Assembly: GCA_963727445.1 (NCBI GenBank)
Contig: CAVSGI010000013.1
Location: 352,001-416,000 of the forward strand
Length of the DNA: 64,000 nucleotides
Direction: 5' to 3'
Origin: an uncultured delta proteobacterium
GTDB taxonomy: Bacteria > Myxococcota_A > Polyangia > Polyangiales > B10-G4
This document shows, in pieces, positions 10,712-20,576 of this stretch. The translations under genes were made by a program, and so were the position numbers. Numbering within the stretch: position 1 is the first letter of the stretch; each line of letters begins with the position of its first letter. The notes beneath the pieces are model-generated. The model did no database searches and had not been told where the DNA came from. It was given only the letters and a program-made list of their open reading frames with translations.

Positions 10712-11404
10712 ATGGCAACCCCAAACGACCATCACAGCGCGCACTACCGAAAGAAGGCCATCCCCCCGTGGCTGGTCTCGGCGCTGATGGCAGGTCCGCG
10801 GCGACGCATCTACGAGCGTTTCGCTGCCGCGTTCCCACCCGAGCGCGAACAACGGGTCCTCGATCTCGGCGTCAACGCGTCGTCCGACCGACCCGAGGGC
10901 TACTACTTCGAGCGGCACTACCCCCACCTCGATCGAGTGGTGGCCTGCGGCCTGGAGAGCCCCGAAGGGATCTCCGTCGCCTATCCTCAGGTCCAGTACG
11001 TCCAGAACACCCGAGAAGCCGAGCGTCTTCCTTTCGAGGACGAGGAGTTCGACGTCGTGTTCTGCAACGCGGTGATCGAGCACGTGGGCACCCGCGACGC
11101 CCAGCGGCGATTCCTCGGAGAGATCCTGCGCGTCGGCAAGCGCGCGTTCGTCACCACCCCGAACCGCTGGTATCCAGTGGAGACGCACACCGTCGTGCCC
11201 CTGCTGCACTATCTGCCGGCGAACGTGTATCGACCTCTCTACCGCCGCATCGGCTTCGACTTCTTCTCGCACGAGGAGAACCTCAACCTCCTCGATCGCC
11301 GTGCGCTCCACGAGTTGCTCCCCTCCGGCGACGAGAGGCCGGTTCGGATCGACACGCTGACGTTCCTCGGTTTGCCCTCGAATCTCCTCCTCTTCGTGGG
11401 CTGA
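10712..11404 (+). CDS. Class I SAM-dependent methyltransferase
   Basis: RVLDLGV, LPFEDEEFDVVFCNAVIEHV, TTPNRWYPVETH. Confidence 0.9.
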   Translation: MATPNDHHSAHYRKKAIPPWLVSALMAGPRRRIYERFAAAFPPEREQRVLDLGVNASSDRPEGYYFERHYPHLDRVVACGLESPEGISVAYPQVQYVQNTREAERLPFEDEEFDVVFCNAVIEHVGTRDAQRRFLGEILRVGKRAFVTTPNRWYPVETHTVVPLLHYLPANVYRPLYRRIGFDFFSHEENLNLLDRRALHELLPSGDERPVRIDTLTFLGLPSNLLLFVG

Positions 11405-11468
11405 ATCTGGCAAGGCGCGCGCGGCGTTCGAGATCCAGTTGGGCAGCGCGGGGTGCTACGGTGTCGTG

Positions 11469-12128
11469 GTGTTCAGATGGCTTGCGACGGCGATTCTGCT
11501 TCTGACGCTGAGCGCATGCAGGTGCGGTTACCGGGTCGCCGGTAACCCGGACGCGACGGACACGGCGATGGACGCTCCGATGGACGCGGCGGCGGACGTT
11601 TCCCCGGACACGCCGATGGACACGGCGGTGGACGCCCCGATGGACACGGCGATGGACGTCCCGACGGACGCGTCCATGGACGTCCCGACGGACACGCCGA
11701 TGGACGTCCCGATGGACACGCCGATGGACGTCCCGACGGACACGTCCATGGATACGCTCGTCGATGGTGATGCGTCTGGTCCTTGCGGGATGAGCTGCGC
11801 TGCCGACGAGGCCTGTCTGAGCCTGAGCACCGGCTCGGTCTGCATGACGTGCGCGGAGATGGAGGCGGGGTACGCGGCGCTCGTGGCCATGGATTCTTGC
11901 ACCGTCTCCACGGATTGCCGGCATGTGCTCGGCGCGTGCGACATCGGTCTCGGCACCGAGTGCTACTACGCTTTGAACATCTCCGTGGCCATCTCGGACG
12001 TCGGCGCGTTCGCACCAGCGTGGATGTCCACCTGTACGGTACGAGACCGTTGCTCCACCATGTGCGGGATGTTTCCCGGCCCTGGAACGCGACCCGACTG
12101 CACCAGCAGCACGTGCATTCCGCGATGA
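11469..12128 (+). CDS. Lipoprotein with Dxx(M/T) tetrapeptide-repeat stalk and Cys-rich C-terminal domain
   Basis: Lipobox LLLTLSAC; DTAMDAPMD...DVPTDTSMD; Cys-rich tail. Confidence 0.75.
   Translation: MFRWLATAILLLTLSACRCGYRVAGNPDATDTAMDAPMDAAADVSPDTPMDTAVDAPMDTAMDVPTDASMDVPTDTPMDVPMDTPMDVPTDTSMDTLVDGDASGPCGMSCAADEACLSLSTGSVCMTCAEMEAGYAALVAMDSCTVSTDCRHVLGACDIGLGTECYYALNISVAISDVGAFAPAWMSTCTVRDRCSTMCGMFPGPGTRPDCTSSTCIPR
11549..11766 (+). repeat. Degenerate 12-bp tandem repeat (about 18 units) encoding Asp-x-x-Met/Thr
   Basis: gacacgccgatg / gacgtcccgacg / gacgtcccgatg units. Confidence 0.85.
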
Positions 12129-12135
12129 CTCGGCT

Positions 12136-13413
12136 TCACCGTTCGCACACCAGGCCGGCGACGTAGATCTGGTTTCCGACGGACGCCGGGTCGTGTTGGG
12201 CGGTGTAGGCGATGATGGCGTCGTCGTCGTGGCCGCGAATCATGGGGGCGCGCAGGAACTGGCCTTCGTCGAGCTCGAAACGCTCCTCGACATCACCATC
12301 GTCGGTGAGGCGGAGCGCAACGAGCTTCGTGTGTCGGCCGCTGCGGTCGCCCGGGTCGCTCTCCACGTAGGCGAGCCAGATGGCGCGGCGCGTGCGGAGA
12401 AGGGAGAGGCCTCCGTCTCGATAGGCGGGCGCGGCGAGCACGGTCGGCGCGGTCAGCGGATGACCCTCGTGATCGGTCGTGAAAGCCTGCAGCTCGCGCT
12501 CTTGAGTGTCGGGGTCTCCGTCGGGTGCTTGGAGCCAGGTGACGAGCGAGCGGCCGCGTGTCGTCGGGACGACTCGAATGCGACTCGCCGCCGCGAACGG
12601 CGGGAGGTCCACCACATCAGCGACCGGATCGCCGCGCGGACCGATGCGCTGCGCGCGGGCCCGCGTCGGCGCGACGCCGCGGCTCATGGCGACCACGAGC
12701 ATCGATCCGTCCTCGTCCGTCGCGCGCGACCACCAGATCGCGCCGTCGAGGATCTCAATCGGGTCACTCACCCACAACACGCGACCGCCACTGGGATCGA
12801 CCATGAAGAGCGACCGGGACCCGTCGCCGGATGGTTCGTCGAAGAAGGCGAAGCCTTCGGTCGTTGCGCGAGGGATGGCGCAGGTGGGCCGGTCGATGCG
12901 TGTGAGATCGGTGCGCGGCGTGCCGTCCCGAGCGACGAAGCGCGTGAAGCAGTGGTCCTCGTCCCAGCTCGAGACGAGAATGTCGTCGTCGCGCGCGCTC
13001 TCGGCCATGTAGAGCGCGCCGATGACCCACCGAGTCAGCGGAAAGACGACCTGCTCGGGCGCGACGGGGCCGTCGACGTCGATGCGGCGGAGCCTCCGGT
13101 CCTCGGACCGATACGCCATGAGGTAACCGTCGGACATCGCGAGCGCATTGTCGTGATAGTGCTCGTGCGCCCCGGACGTGAGCTGCCAGGGTGCGTGCGC
13201 CGTCCAGGTGCACGCGGGGAGGGGAACCGCATCGGGAGGGGCGTCGGTGCTTCCGCCGTCATCGGCGCCGCCATCAGGGGGCCTCGTGGCGGCGTCCGCT
13301 GCGCGTTCGTGGCTGAGGTAGCACGCCGGAGCGACCGTGGTGAGGAGCGCGACGACGACGAGAGCAGTGAAGGGAGAGTTCATGGCGCGGCGGTTCGGCG
13401 AGTGGGCGAGCAC
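12136..13413 (-). CDS. Lipoprotein, probable beta-propeller (start 13413 or 13383)
   Basis: ALVVVALLTTVAPAC-YLSH lipobox, DA linker, repeated beta-blade segments. Confidence 0.7.
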   Translation of the reverse strand: MLAHSPNRRAMNSPFTALVVVALLTTVAPACYLSHERAADAATRPPDGGADDGGSTDAPPDAVPLPACTWTAHAPWQLTSGAHEHYHDNALAMSDGYLMAYRSEDRRLRRIDVDGPVAPEQVVFPLTRWVIGALYMAESARDDDILVSSWDEDHCFTRFVARDGTPRTDLTRIDRPTCAIPRATTEGFAFFDEPSGDGSRSLFMVDPSGGRVLWVSDPIEILDGAIWWSRATDEDGSMLVVAMSRGVAPTRARAQRIGPRGDPVADVVDLPPFAAASRIRVVPTTRGRSLVTWLQAPDGDPDTQERELQAFTTDHEGHPLTAPTVLAAPAYRDGGLSLLRTRRAIWLAYVESDPGDRSGRHTKLVALRLTDDGDVEERFELDEGQFLRAPMIRGHDDDAIIAYTAQHDPASVGNQIYVAGLVCER

Positions 13414-13492
13414 TGGCCCATCGTATCCAACTTCACGCCGGACGAGCAGCCCGCCGCGGCTCGACGAGCCTCCGAGCTGGTATGATGACGTC

Positions 13493-15091
13493 GTGGCCCT
13501 TGGAGGGAGAGCCGCGGTTTTCGCGATGGTCTCAGCGTTGCTGCTCGTGGCGGGCTGCGCCAACGAAACCGCGGTCTACGTGGTGATCGACGCGCAGGAC
13601 CTCGGGCGCGTGCGCGCGAGCGTCCTGTCGGTCCGTGCGTTCGGGCCCGACGGCGAAGCGATGCTGGACGTGGCTCGCTTTCCGCTCGACGACGCACCGC
13701 TGCCGCGGGTCATTCGGCTCACCCCCTCGAACGGAGACGCGTCGCGCCGTTGGGTGCTCGTCGCGCAGCTCGAGCGAGAGGATGGGTCGATCGTCAACGA
13801 GAACCGATTGGTTGGCGGGTTCGTCCAGGGGGCGACGCGGCACGCGCTTCTGTGTGTAGAAGACTCGTGCCTGGGCGCGGCGTGCGGCGGCGCTCCCGAC
13901 GGCTGTGATCCAAACGTTCTGGGATCGGCCTGTGAGGGCTGTAGCGATGGTCTCTGCGCGCGGATCGAGGCCGAGTTGTTGACGGACGGCGCGGGCATTC
14001 GCTGCCCGCCCCGCCCCCCGCCACCCGAAGCGATGTGCGGCGACGCGGCCGACAACGACGCGGACGGGTTGATCGACTGCGCCGACGAAGACTGCGAGCG
14101 CCGACCGTGCAGTCCGGCGGGCGACGCATGCGTCGGCGGAGAGTGCATCTGCCTCGACGAGGCGACGGAGACGAATTGCGGCGACGGACTCGACGAAGAC
14201 TGCAACGGCGCCATCGATTGTGCCGACGCGCAGTGTGAGGGCATGCCGTGTGACGACGGTTTGGCCTGCACGACGGGCGAGGTTTGTACGGACGGCGCTT
14301 GCGTCGGTCTGCCCACGGACTGCGACGACGGCATCCCCTGTACGATAGACCGCTGCGACGACGACCGCGGCTGTGTCAACACGCCGAACGACTCGATGTG
14401 CGACGACCGGATCCTTTGCACGACGGACGTCTGTAGCGCGACCGACGGCTGCGTGATCATTCCCGATGCCAGTCGGTGCGACGACCATGTCCTATGCACT
14501 GAAGACGCTTGCGTTCGAGGGATTGGATGCGTCAACACGTCCAACGACGACCTCTGCGACTCCGACCGATGCAACTACGGCGTCTGTCGGCCCCCCACCG
14601 GCTGTCAGTTGGTCCCGCACGACGGCATCGACTGCGACGACGGCAACCCCTGCACCGACGGCGACGTCTGCTCTGGGGGGACGTGCAGTGGGACCAAGAA
14701 GAACTGCGACGACGGCATGCCCTGCACCGACGACTATTGCGACGGTGGCGTGTGCCGAAACAGTCCCTTACCGCAAGGGACGGCGTGCGGAACCGAACGG
14801 ACCTGTTGTGACGGCTTTTGCAGATGGATGGGGAGCGACAACCACTGCGGCGGTTGCCGTCAGGATTGTCGCGGCGGTTTTGGGTGCCGCTCCGTGCCTG
14901 GCGTGCCGGGCCGGTTCCACTGCAACTGCGACGGGCCCACCGCGGAGTGCCCCCACGGGCAGACTTGCATCCAGCCCCACGACGAGTCGATATATCGCTG
15001 CGCCTGCACGGACGACTCTCAATGCCGTTTCTCGAACAACACGTGCAGGACGCGCTCGGGCACTTTCAACTACTGCGCCTACGACGAGTGA
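13493..15091 (+). CDS. Cys-rich repeat lipoprotein (CDDGxxCTxD repeats; DNDADGLIDCAD Ca-binding-like motifs)
   Basis: Lipobox LLVAGC; N-terminal TAVYVVIDAQD domain; many CDD..CT.D.C repeats. Confidence 0.85.
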   Translation: MALGGRAAVFAMVSALLLVAGCANETAVYVVIDAQDLGRVRASVLSVRAFGPDGEAMLDVARFPLDDAPLPRVIRLTPSNGDASRRWVLVAQLEREDGSIVNENRLVGGFVQGATRHALLCVEDSCLGAACGGAPDGCDPNVLGSACEGCSDGLCARIEAELLTDGAGIRCPPRPPPPEAMCGDAADNDADGLIDCADEDCERRPCSPAGDACVGGECICLDEATETNCGDGLDEDCNGAIDCADAQCEGMPCDDGLACTTGEVCTDGACVGLPTDCDDGIPCTIDRCDDDRGCVNTPNDSMCDDRILCTTDVCSATDGCVIIPDASRCDDHVLCTEDACVRGIGCVNTSNDDLCDSDRCNYGVCRPPTGCQLVPHDGIDCDDGNPCTDGDVCSGGTCSGTKKNCDDGMPCTDDYCDGGVCRNSPLPQGTACGTERTCCDGFCRWMGSDNHCGGCRQDCRGGFGCRSVPGVPGRFHCNCDGPTAECPHGQTCIQPHDESIYRCACTDDSQCRFSNNTCRTRSGTFNYCAYDE

Positions 15092-15145
15092 GGCCGACGA
15101 GACCTTCGGGTCGACGCCGCATCAGCCACCGCGCCACCCTTCATC

Positions 15146-15616
15146 GTGACCGAGCAGAAGAAGAAGAAGACAGACCCGCCAGCGATCTTCCTGGTCGGAG
15201 TCTTGACGAGTCTCATATGCACTTTCCTGCTCGTCGGAGGGGCGTGCGATGCGACGGAGATCACCTGCGAGCGGGCAGAGAGAGTCGACTGCTCCGTCGC
15301 GACGAAGCTCTTCGGCTGGAAGCGCTCGCGTCGAACGATCTTCGACGTCGTGGCGGCCTCCTACGACTACGATCAGCCGAGCCGCACGGATCTGGCCTTC
15401 GCCCACAGCGCATCGGGCGGACGCCTGTACCTCGAGTCGACCGACAGAGCGGTGAGCGAGGCCCTCGCCGCGTTCCTCGCCGACCCTGGCCAGGACACCT
15501 TTCACCTGATGAAGGAGCCTCCGGCCGCCGGCCTGCTCGTGCTCATCGGCGTCGGTCTCATCATGGTCATCGGGGGCCTTTTCAAGTGGCGTTCGAAGCG
15601 GCGTTCCCTCGACTGA
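15146..15616 (+). CDS. Two-TM membrane protein
   Basis: Hydrophobic N- and C-terminal helices with basic flanks. Confidence 0.65.
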   Translation: MTEQKKKKTDPPAIFLVGVLTSLICTFLLVGGACDATEITCERAERVDCSVATKLFGWKRSRRTIFDVVAASYDYDQPSRTDLAFAHSASGGRLYLESTDRAVSEALAAFLADPGQDTFHLMKEPPAAGLLVLIGVGLIMVIGGLFKWRSKRRSLD

Positions 15617-15728
15617 GCACGGGACGCTGCGCGAGCGCCCTGGACCCGCCAATAGGCCCGCGGCACTGGCCCGCAAGACCTGCATTCACCTTCGACAGTG
15701 GGGAGGTTGGGGTGTACATCTGCATTCG

Positions 15729-16796
15729 ATGGCAGACCAATACCCGGTGATCGTCGGATTGTCCCTCGATCATGAAACCGACGACATCCTCGAAGCGGCG
15801 AAGGAGCTCGGCCAACGGCTGAAGCGGCCGCTGCTGGTGGTTCACGCGATCAGCGAGCGTCGGCTCGAGAGCGAAAAAGGGCAGGCCAAGCGCATCGCAG
15901 AGGCGAAGGGCGAGCTCGTCCCTCATCTCGAAAAGCTCCGGGCCGCCGGACTCGTGGTCGAAGAGGAAGTCGCGATCGGGCGACCGGCCGACCTCGTGAT
16001 CGAAACGGCGCAACGGATCGGAGCGGAGCTCATCATCACCGGCGGCGGCAGACCGGCCACGGTTCGGCGCTGGCTGGTCGGTTCGGTGGCTGAGGCGGTG
16101 GTTCGCCACTCCTCGGCGCCGGTCTGGATCGCCCGAGGCGCGCCCCCCATCGGCCGCCCCGTCCTCTGTCCGGTCGACCTGAGCCCCCAGTCGAAGCTGG
16201 GCCTCGCCGCCGCCATCCGCATGGCGCGTGCCTTCGGTTCACCGCTCCGCGTGATGACGGTCCTCACCGACTTGCAGCTGAACGAGCTCGACGAGGACGA
16301 GGACGTCGCGAGGGGGCAGGTCGATGCGCTGCTCGCCGCTCACGACGTCGATGGGCTCGAGGTCAGCGTGAATGTCGACAGCGGGATCCCCGCGGCGAAG
16401 ATCGTGGAGGCGGCCGCCGACGCCGGCTTGCTCGTCGTCGGTAGCCGGGGCTTCGATCCCCTGATCCCCGACTGGCTGGGCCCGGTGACGACACGAACGC
16501 TGCGTCACAGCCGCTGCAGCGCGCTCACGATTCGGGAAGTCGACGTGGACCTGGAGCGGCGCGAGCACGCCATCGCGAACCTCGCGCATGCCCACCGGGA
16601 GGTTCGACGCTTGCTCGAGGAGCAGCAACCCCAGGACGCGCTCCCGTTGATCGAAGGTCTGGCGGAGCGCGCTCCCGCCAACGCCGAGATCCAGGAGACC
16701 TTCGCCATCACCCTCGAACGGGTGGGACGCAACGTCGAGGCGAGAGGCCGCCACGAGATCGCGAAGATGATCCGCAAGCGCATCGTCAACGACTGA
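15729..16796 (+). CDS. Universal stress protein (two USP domains plus helical C-terminal extension)
   Basis: GRPADLVI, LVGSVAEAVVRHSSAPVW, VLCPVDLS, LLVVGSRG. Confidence 0.9.
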   Translation: MADQYPVIVGLSLDHETDDILEAAKELGQRLKRPLLVVHAISERRLESEKGQAKRIAEAKGELVPHLEKLRAAGLVVEEEVAIGRPADLVIETAQRIGAELIITGGGRPATVRRWLVGSVAEAVVRHSSAPVWIARGAPPIGRPVLCPVDLSPQSKLGLAAAIRMARAFGSPLRVMTVLTDLQLNELDEDEDVARGQVDALLAAHDVDGLEVSVNVDSGIPAAKIVEAAADAGLLVVGSRGFDPLIPDWLGPVTTRTLRHSRCSALTIREVDVDLERREHAIANLAHAHREVRRLLEEQQPQDALPLIEGLAERAPANAEIQETFAITLERVGRNVEARGRHEIAKMIRKRIVND

Positions 16797-16887
16797 GGCT
16801 TCGAAAACCAGGCCCTCCCTCCCGGGAGCGGCTCATGTCCTAGCCAGCCCACCGGCAGATTTCATTGGCTTTTTTTGCTCGAGAGCC

Positions 16888-16903
16888 AGGCATGTGTGTT
16901 GCT
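16888..16903 (+). promoter_or_regulatory. sigma54 (-24/-12) promoter
   Basis: AGGCATGTGTGTTGCT, GG-N10-GC, just upstream of ATG 16916. Confidence 0.65.
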
Positions 16904-16915
16904 CCGAGTGATCAC

Positions 16916-18640
16916 ATGCGACGCACTCCCCTGCTCCTCATCCTCCTGTCCCTGCTCGGCGCCTGTGTGGCCGGCGACTCCGACAAGAGCGCCGCCGAGC
17001 CCTGGTCGCCTGGAAAGGCCGATGGCCAGTTCGAGATGCGCGAGGTGGGTCCCCTCGAGATGGGCGAGGCCCTCGCCATCGAGCTCGACGGCACCCTGCC
17101 CGCTTATCGGGTCGAGTCCTACGGCGACACGAAGCTCTCCATCGAGCTGCGGGGCCTGTCGGGGACGGATGCCTACGTGGTGGTCGAAGGCCCCCTCGAC
17201 GGCGATGGGGACGCGACCGTCGTGGGTCAGGCGGCGAAGGTCGACGAGGACGACGACTCGGGTGAAGGCTTCGACTCCCGCCTCGAGGTGAGCCTCGACG
17301 CGCCGGGCGTCTACCGAGTGCTCGCGGGGACCTACGAGTCGCTCGCTCTCGGCGATGCGCCCAGCGGCTCGCTCTCCCTCGAGGCGACCTGCACCGCGGG
17401 CTGCACCCGCCCCTCGATCCGCGCGGCCGAGCTCATCCGCACCCTGCAGCAGAGCGGCCAGCTCGAGCAGCTCACCACGATGCTCTCGGCGAAGCTCGCC
17501 GAGCTGGTGCCCGACGAGACCCAGCGCGCCGCGCTCGCGACGCAACTCGACAGGTTCATCGAGCAGGTTCAGGTCTCCGACGACGCCCGCTTCCCGGTCG
17601 TGCCCCTACGTCAGCTCGGAAGCCTCCGCGCGGCGCTCGGCCTCATGCCTTCCGAGCCGAGCGAGCCGGCAGCCGTCGTGACCGGCGATCTCATGAGCGT
17701 CCTCGGCGCCTGCGACGCGCCGCGCAACCGGCCGAGCCCCGTGAACCCCGCGCTCCCCGAGCTCGGCTACGGGCACTTCCCGAACCGTGCGCTCACCGCC
17801 TGCCAGGTCGCGCACAGCCAGAAGCTCGCACAGGTCTTCGCGTCTCTCGCAGCGAACAACGGTTCGAGCGTCACCTACGCCGGCGCCGACCACACGACCG
17901 CGCGCTCCCTGGTCGAGGCGCTCGTCGGCAGCGGACACACGGTCGAGGTGCGCAACGAGCGAACCTACGCGAACTTCCTCTCCTTCGCCTGGGGCGACGT
18001 GGACGTGGTCTGGCCGGTGTGGCTGGACACGGGCATGGACATCGAGGACGCGGCCTTCGCCATCCCGATGGGTCACAGCGGTCACGCATGGCGCATCAGC
18101 GGCCCAGACGTGAACGCGCGCGTGATGTTCTACCTCGGCATCAGCGGCGCCTCCTTCTTCGCGCAGACGCAGACCCGCCCCGCCTGGACGGGTGAGGTCG
18201 TGAGCGACTCGTCGACCAGCGACGACCCCGCCGGGCGCGAGCACGTGCTCTCGGCCCTCGACGCCGCATCGACCTACCTGCGCCGCATCGAGGTCGAGTC
18301 CTCGACCGTCGCGGCAGGCCTGCCCGCGGACGGCTACGGCTTCGTCGGCGTCTGCAACGACTCCAACGCGGCCATCGAGTACGTCACGCGCGGCACCATC
18401 ACCACCTACCCGCTGATGCGCGCCGCGAGCCTCGACGCCGAGGCACCCCTGAACGACGGCCTGGACGACGCCATCCGCGCGCTTCCGCACGACGCGGACG
18501 TCGCAGCGGAGCGCTCCGACGCGTTGCGCCGAATCGTGGCGATGGCGCCGCTCGCCGCGGACTCCCCGCTCTACCCCGACGCCGCGCTCGCGAGCCAGAT
18601 GCGGGCAGCGCGCGCCGAGGTCGCCGGCGCCAATCGCTGA
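16916..18640 (+). CDS. GKADG-motif lipoprotein with PPC-like domain and unknown C-terminal domain
   Basis: Lipobox LLGAC; PGKADG; DAYVVVEGP...EDDDSGEGFDSRL...PGVYRVLA (PPC-like). Confidence 0.8.
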   Translation: MRRTPLLLILLSLLGACVAGDSDKSAAEPWSPGKADGQFEMREVGPLEMGEALAIELDGTLPAYRVESYGDTKLSIELRGLSGTDAYVVVEGPLDGDGDATVVGQAAKVDEDDDSGEGFDSRLEVSLDAPGVYRVLAGTYESLALGDAPSGSLSLEATCTAGCTRPSIRAAELIRTLQQSGQLEQLTTMLSAKLAELVPDETQRAALATQLDRFIEQVQVSDDARFPVVPLRQLGSLRAALGLMPSEPSEPAAVVTGDLMSVLGACDAPRNRPSPVNPALPELGYGHFPNRALTACQVAHSQKLAQVFASLAANNGSSVTYAGADHTTARSLVEALVGSGHTVEVRNERTYANFLSFAWGDVDVVWPVWLDTGMDIEDAAFAIPMGHSGHAWRISGPDVNARVMFYLGISGASFFAQTQTRPAWTGEVVSDSSTSDDPAGREHVLSALDAASTYLRRIEVESSTVAAGLPADGYGFVGVCNDSNAAIEYVTRGTITTYPLMRAASLDAEAPLNDGLDDAIRALPHDADVAAERSDALRRIVAMAPLAADSPLYPDAALASQMRAARAEVAGANR

Positions 18641-18668
18641 ACGACGAAGGCCGACGCGGCAGAGCGTC

Positions 18669-20477
18669 TCAGCCCTGCGCCACCGGACGCAGCTCCTCCG
18701 CACCGTGGAGCTCCGCGTAGCCGCGCCGGAGGCCGAAGCATTTCGTCTGCAGAGCGCAGCGGCCGCACTCGTCTGGGTGGACGAACTCGCCGCGGTCGAG
18801 CCCGTCGCGGATGTCTGCCAGCTCGAAGGCGTGGGAGAGCTCGGGAGGAACGAGGCAGAGCGGAATGCCGCACATCGACTCGAAGCCTCCGACGCTCACC
18901 CCGAGCGCGGCGGCTCGCTTCACGCCTTCGGCGAGGTCGGGCATGACGTCGCGGTAACGGGGGATGAGCTCCGGCGTGTGGGGGACGACGTCGCTGCTGG
19001 GCGCGACGAAGGAGACGACGATGGACGCCTGGGGCCAGCGATCGGCGACCATCTCCACGTACGACGGGAACTCGCGATGGTTGAGCTGGCAGAAGACGAA
19101 GTTCAGCCACACCGCCGCGCCCTGCCGCACGAGCTCGTCGATGCCGACGCAGGACTTGTCGAAGGTGCCGGGGGCGTTGGTGATCGCGTCCGATGTCTCC
19201 GCGCGCGCCGCGTGGAGCGAGATGAAGAACTCGTTCACGCCCGCCTCGAGGAGCGCGGCGGTGAGAGCGGGGTCGGCGAGGCGAATGGCATTGCTCTGGA
19301 GCTCGACGTCGGAGGCGCCGAAGGAACGACTGAGCTTCACGTATTCGACGAGGCGTGGGTTGAGCGTGGGCTCGCCGCCGGAGAGGACGACCTTGCCGCC
19401 GCGCTCGGCGATCCCCCGGATCGCCTCTTCCACCTGTGCGTCCTCGGCCGTGGGCAAGTGTGTGGACACGAAGCAGAAGTCACACGCCTGATTGCAACGG
19501 AAGTTCACGCGGACGATGCGGTACTCCTTCTGCGTGCCGTCGACGTGTCGGTTGACGTCCTCCTGAAAGAGCTCGCGCCGGACCTGCTCTGCCACGGTGG
19601 AGATGATGCTGAGCCTGCGCCGCACGCGGTCGCTTCGAATCGGGCGCACGGAGGCTTCGTCGAAGCGGCCAATCGTCACCTCCGGAAAGCCCGGACAGCG
19701 GTCCCGCACCGTGCAGTCGTCGCAGACCGCGGTGTGAGACCACCCCTCCTTCGGGCCACCGCCGCGCGTGAAGGAGAAGAGATGGGCCACCCGCGCGGGG
19801 TGCTCGAAGAAGCATGGGGGGATCAGCGCGCTCGCGTCGACCGAGAGATCGAGGCCGACCCGCCGGGCGCTCGCTTCCGTCTTCTCGACGACCGCCGCCG
19901 CGCGCGAAAGCGGCAAGAGAAGCGAGGGATCCGGCGAGCGCACCGGGACGCCCAGGACCAACGCCGCCGGCTCGACGCCCGCCGAGGCGAGCTGCGCGGG
20001 AAGCTCCGGCAGCGTGCGCTCGGTCGCGGCGACCACGGGCGCGGACACCTCAATCCGTATATTCGCGTCCGCCAGCGCCGCGATCCCCGCGCGCATCGCG
20101 TCGAAGCCGCCCGGGTCCTGCGTGATGTGGTCGAGCTCCGGACCCCACGTCGGGACGTGGACTCGCGCGAGGTCGAGACCGGCCTCCGCCAGCGCGTTCG
20201 CGCGGGCGTCGTCGAGGAGCGTGGCGTTCGTCTCCAGCTCGATGCGAAGGGCGCCCCGCTTCTTCGCGTAGGCGACGAGCTCCACCAGGTCGCGGCGGAG
20301 CGTCGGCTCGCCACCGGTCAGGACAATCGTCTCGGCGCCCTTGCTGAGCGCTGCGTCGATCCGCGCCCGCACGGCGTGCGGCGTCACGAAGAAACGGTCG
20401 TCTCGGGGCGCCCGCGCCGTACAGAACCCGCAGTTCTGGTTGCAACTCCGGTTCGTGAACACCCGCTCGACGCGCAT
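18669..20477 (-). CDS. Tandem (double) radical SAM protein, HxsC-like modules
   Basis: Two CxxxCxxC motifs (CNQNCGFC, CNQACDFC), each followed by GGEPTL and a C-terminal CxxCx5CxG. Confidence 0.9.
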   Translation of the reverse strand: MRVERVFTNRSCNQNCGFCTARAPRDDRFFVTPHAVRARIDAALSKGAETIVLTGGEPTLRRDLVELVAYAKKRGALRIELETNATLLDDARANALAEAGLDLARVHVPTWGPELDHITQDPGGFDAMRAGIAALADANIRIEVSAPVVAATERTLPELPAQLASAGVEPAALVLGVPVRSPDPSLLLPLSRAAAVVEKTEASARRVGLDLSVDASALIPPCFFEHPARVAHLFSFTRGGGPKEGWSHTAVCDDCTVRDRCPGFPEVTIGRFDEASVRPIRSDRVRRRLSIISTVAEQVRRELFQEDVNRHVDGTQKEYRIVRVNFRCNQACDFCFVSTHLPTAEDAQVEEAIRGIAERGGKVVLSGGEPTLNPRLVEYVKLSRSFGASDVELQSNAIRLADPALTAALLEAGVNEFFISLHAARAETSDAITNAPGTFDKSCVGIDELVRQGAAVWLNFVFCQLNHREFPSYVEMVADRWPQASIVVSFVAPSSDVVPHTPELIPRYRDVMPDLAEGVKRAAALGVSVGGFESMCGIPLCLVPPELSHAFELADIRDGLDRGEFVHPDECGRCALQTKCFGLRRGYAELHGAEELRPVAQG

Positions 20478-20576
20478 CGCTTCGAGTGAAGTCTGCGCGG
20501 CCGAGCGCGGCTTTTCAATCGAGCGACGACGACCGACTCCGTTGCCCTCCCCGAGCGACCGTGGCAGCGTCGGCCC

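Noticed and set aside
11408..11422. sigma54 promoter upstream of the repeat lipoprotein
   Set aside because: GG-N10-GC spacing is present but the -12 element lacks TGC; likely chance in GC-rich DNA.
11549..11766. CRISPR-like or non-coding repeat array
   Set aside because: In-frame 12-bp coding repeats with no spacers; no cas genes in the window.
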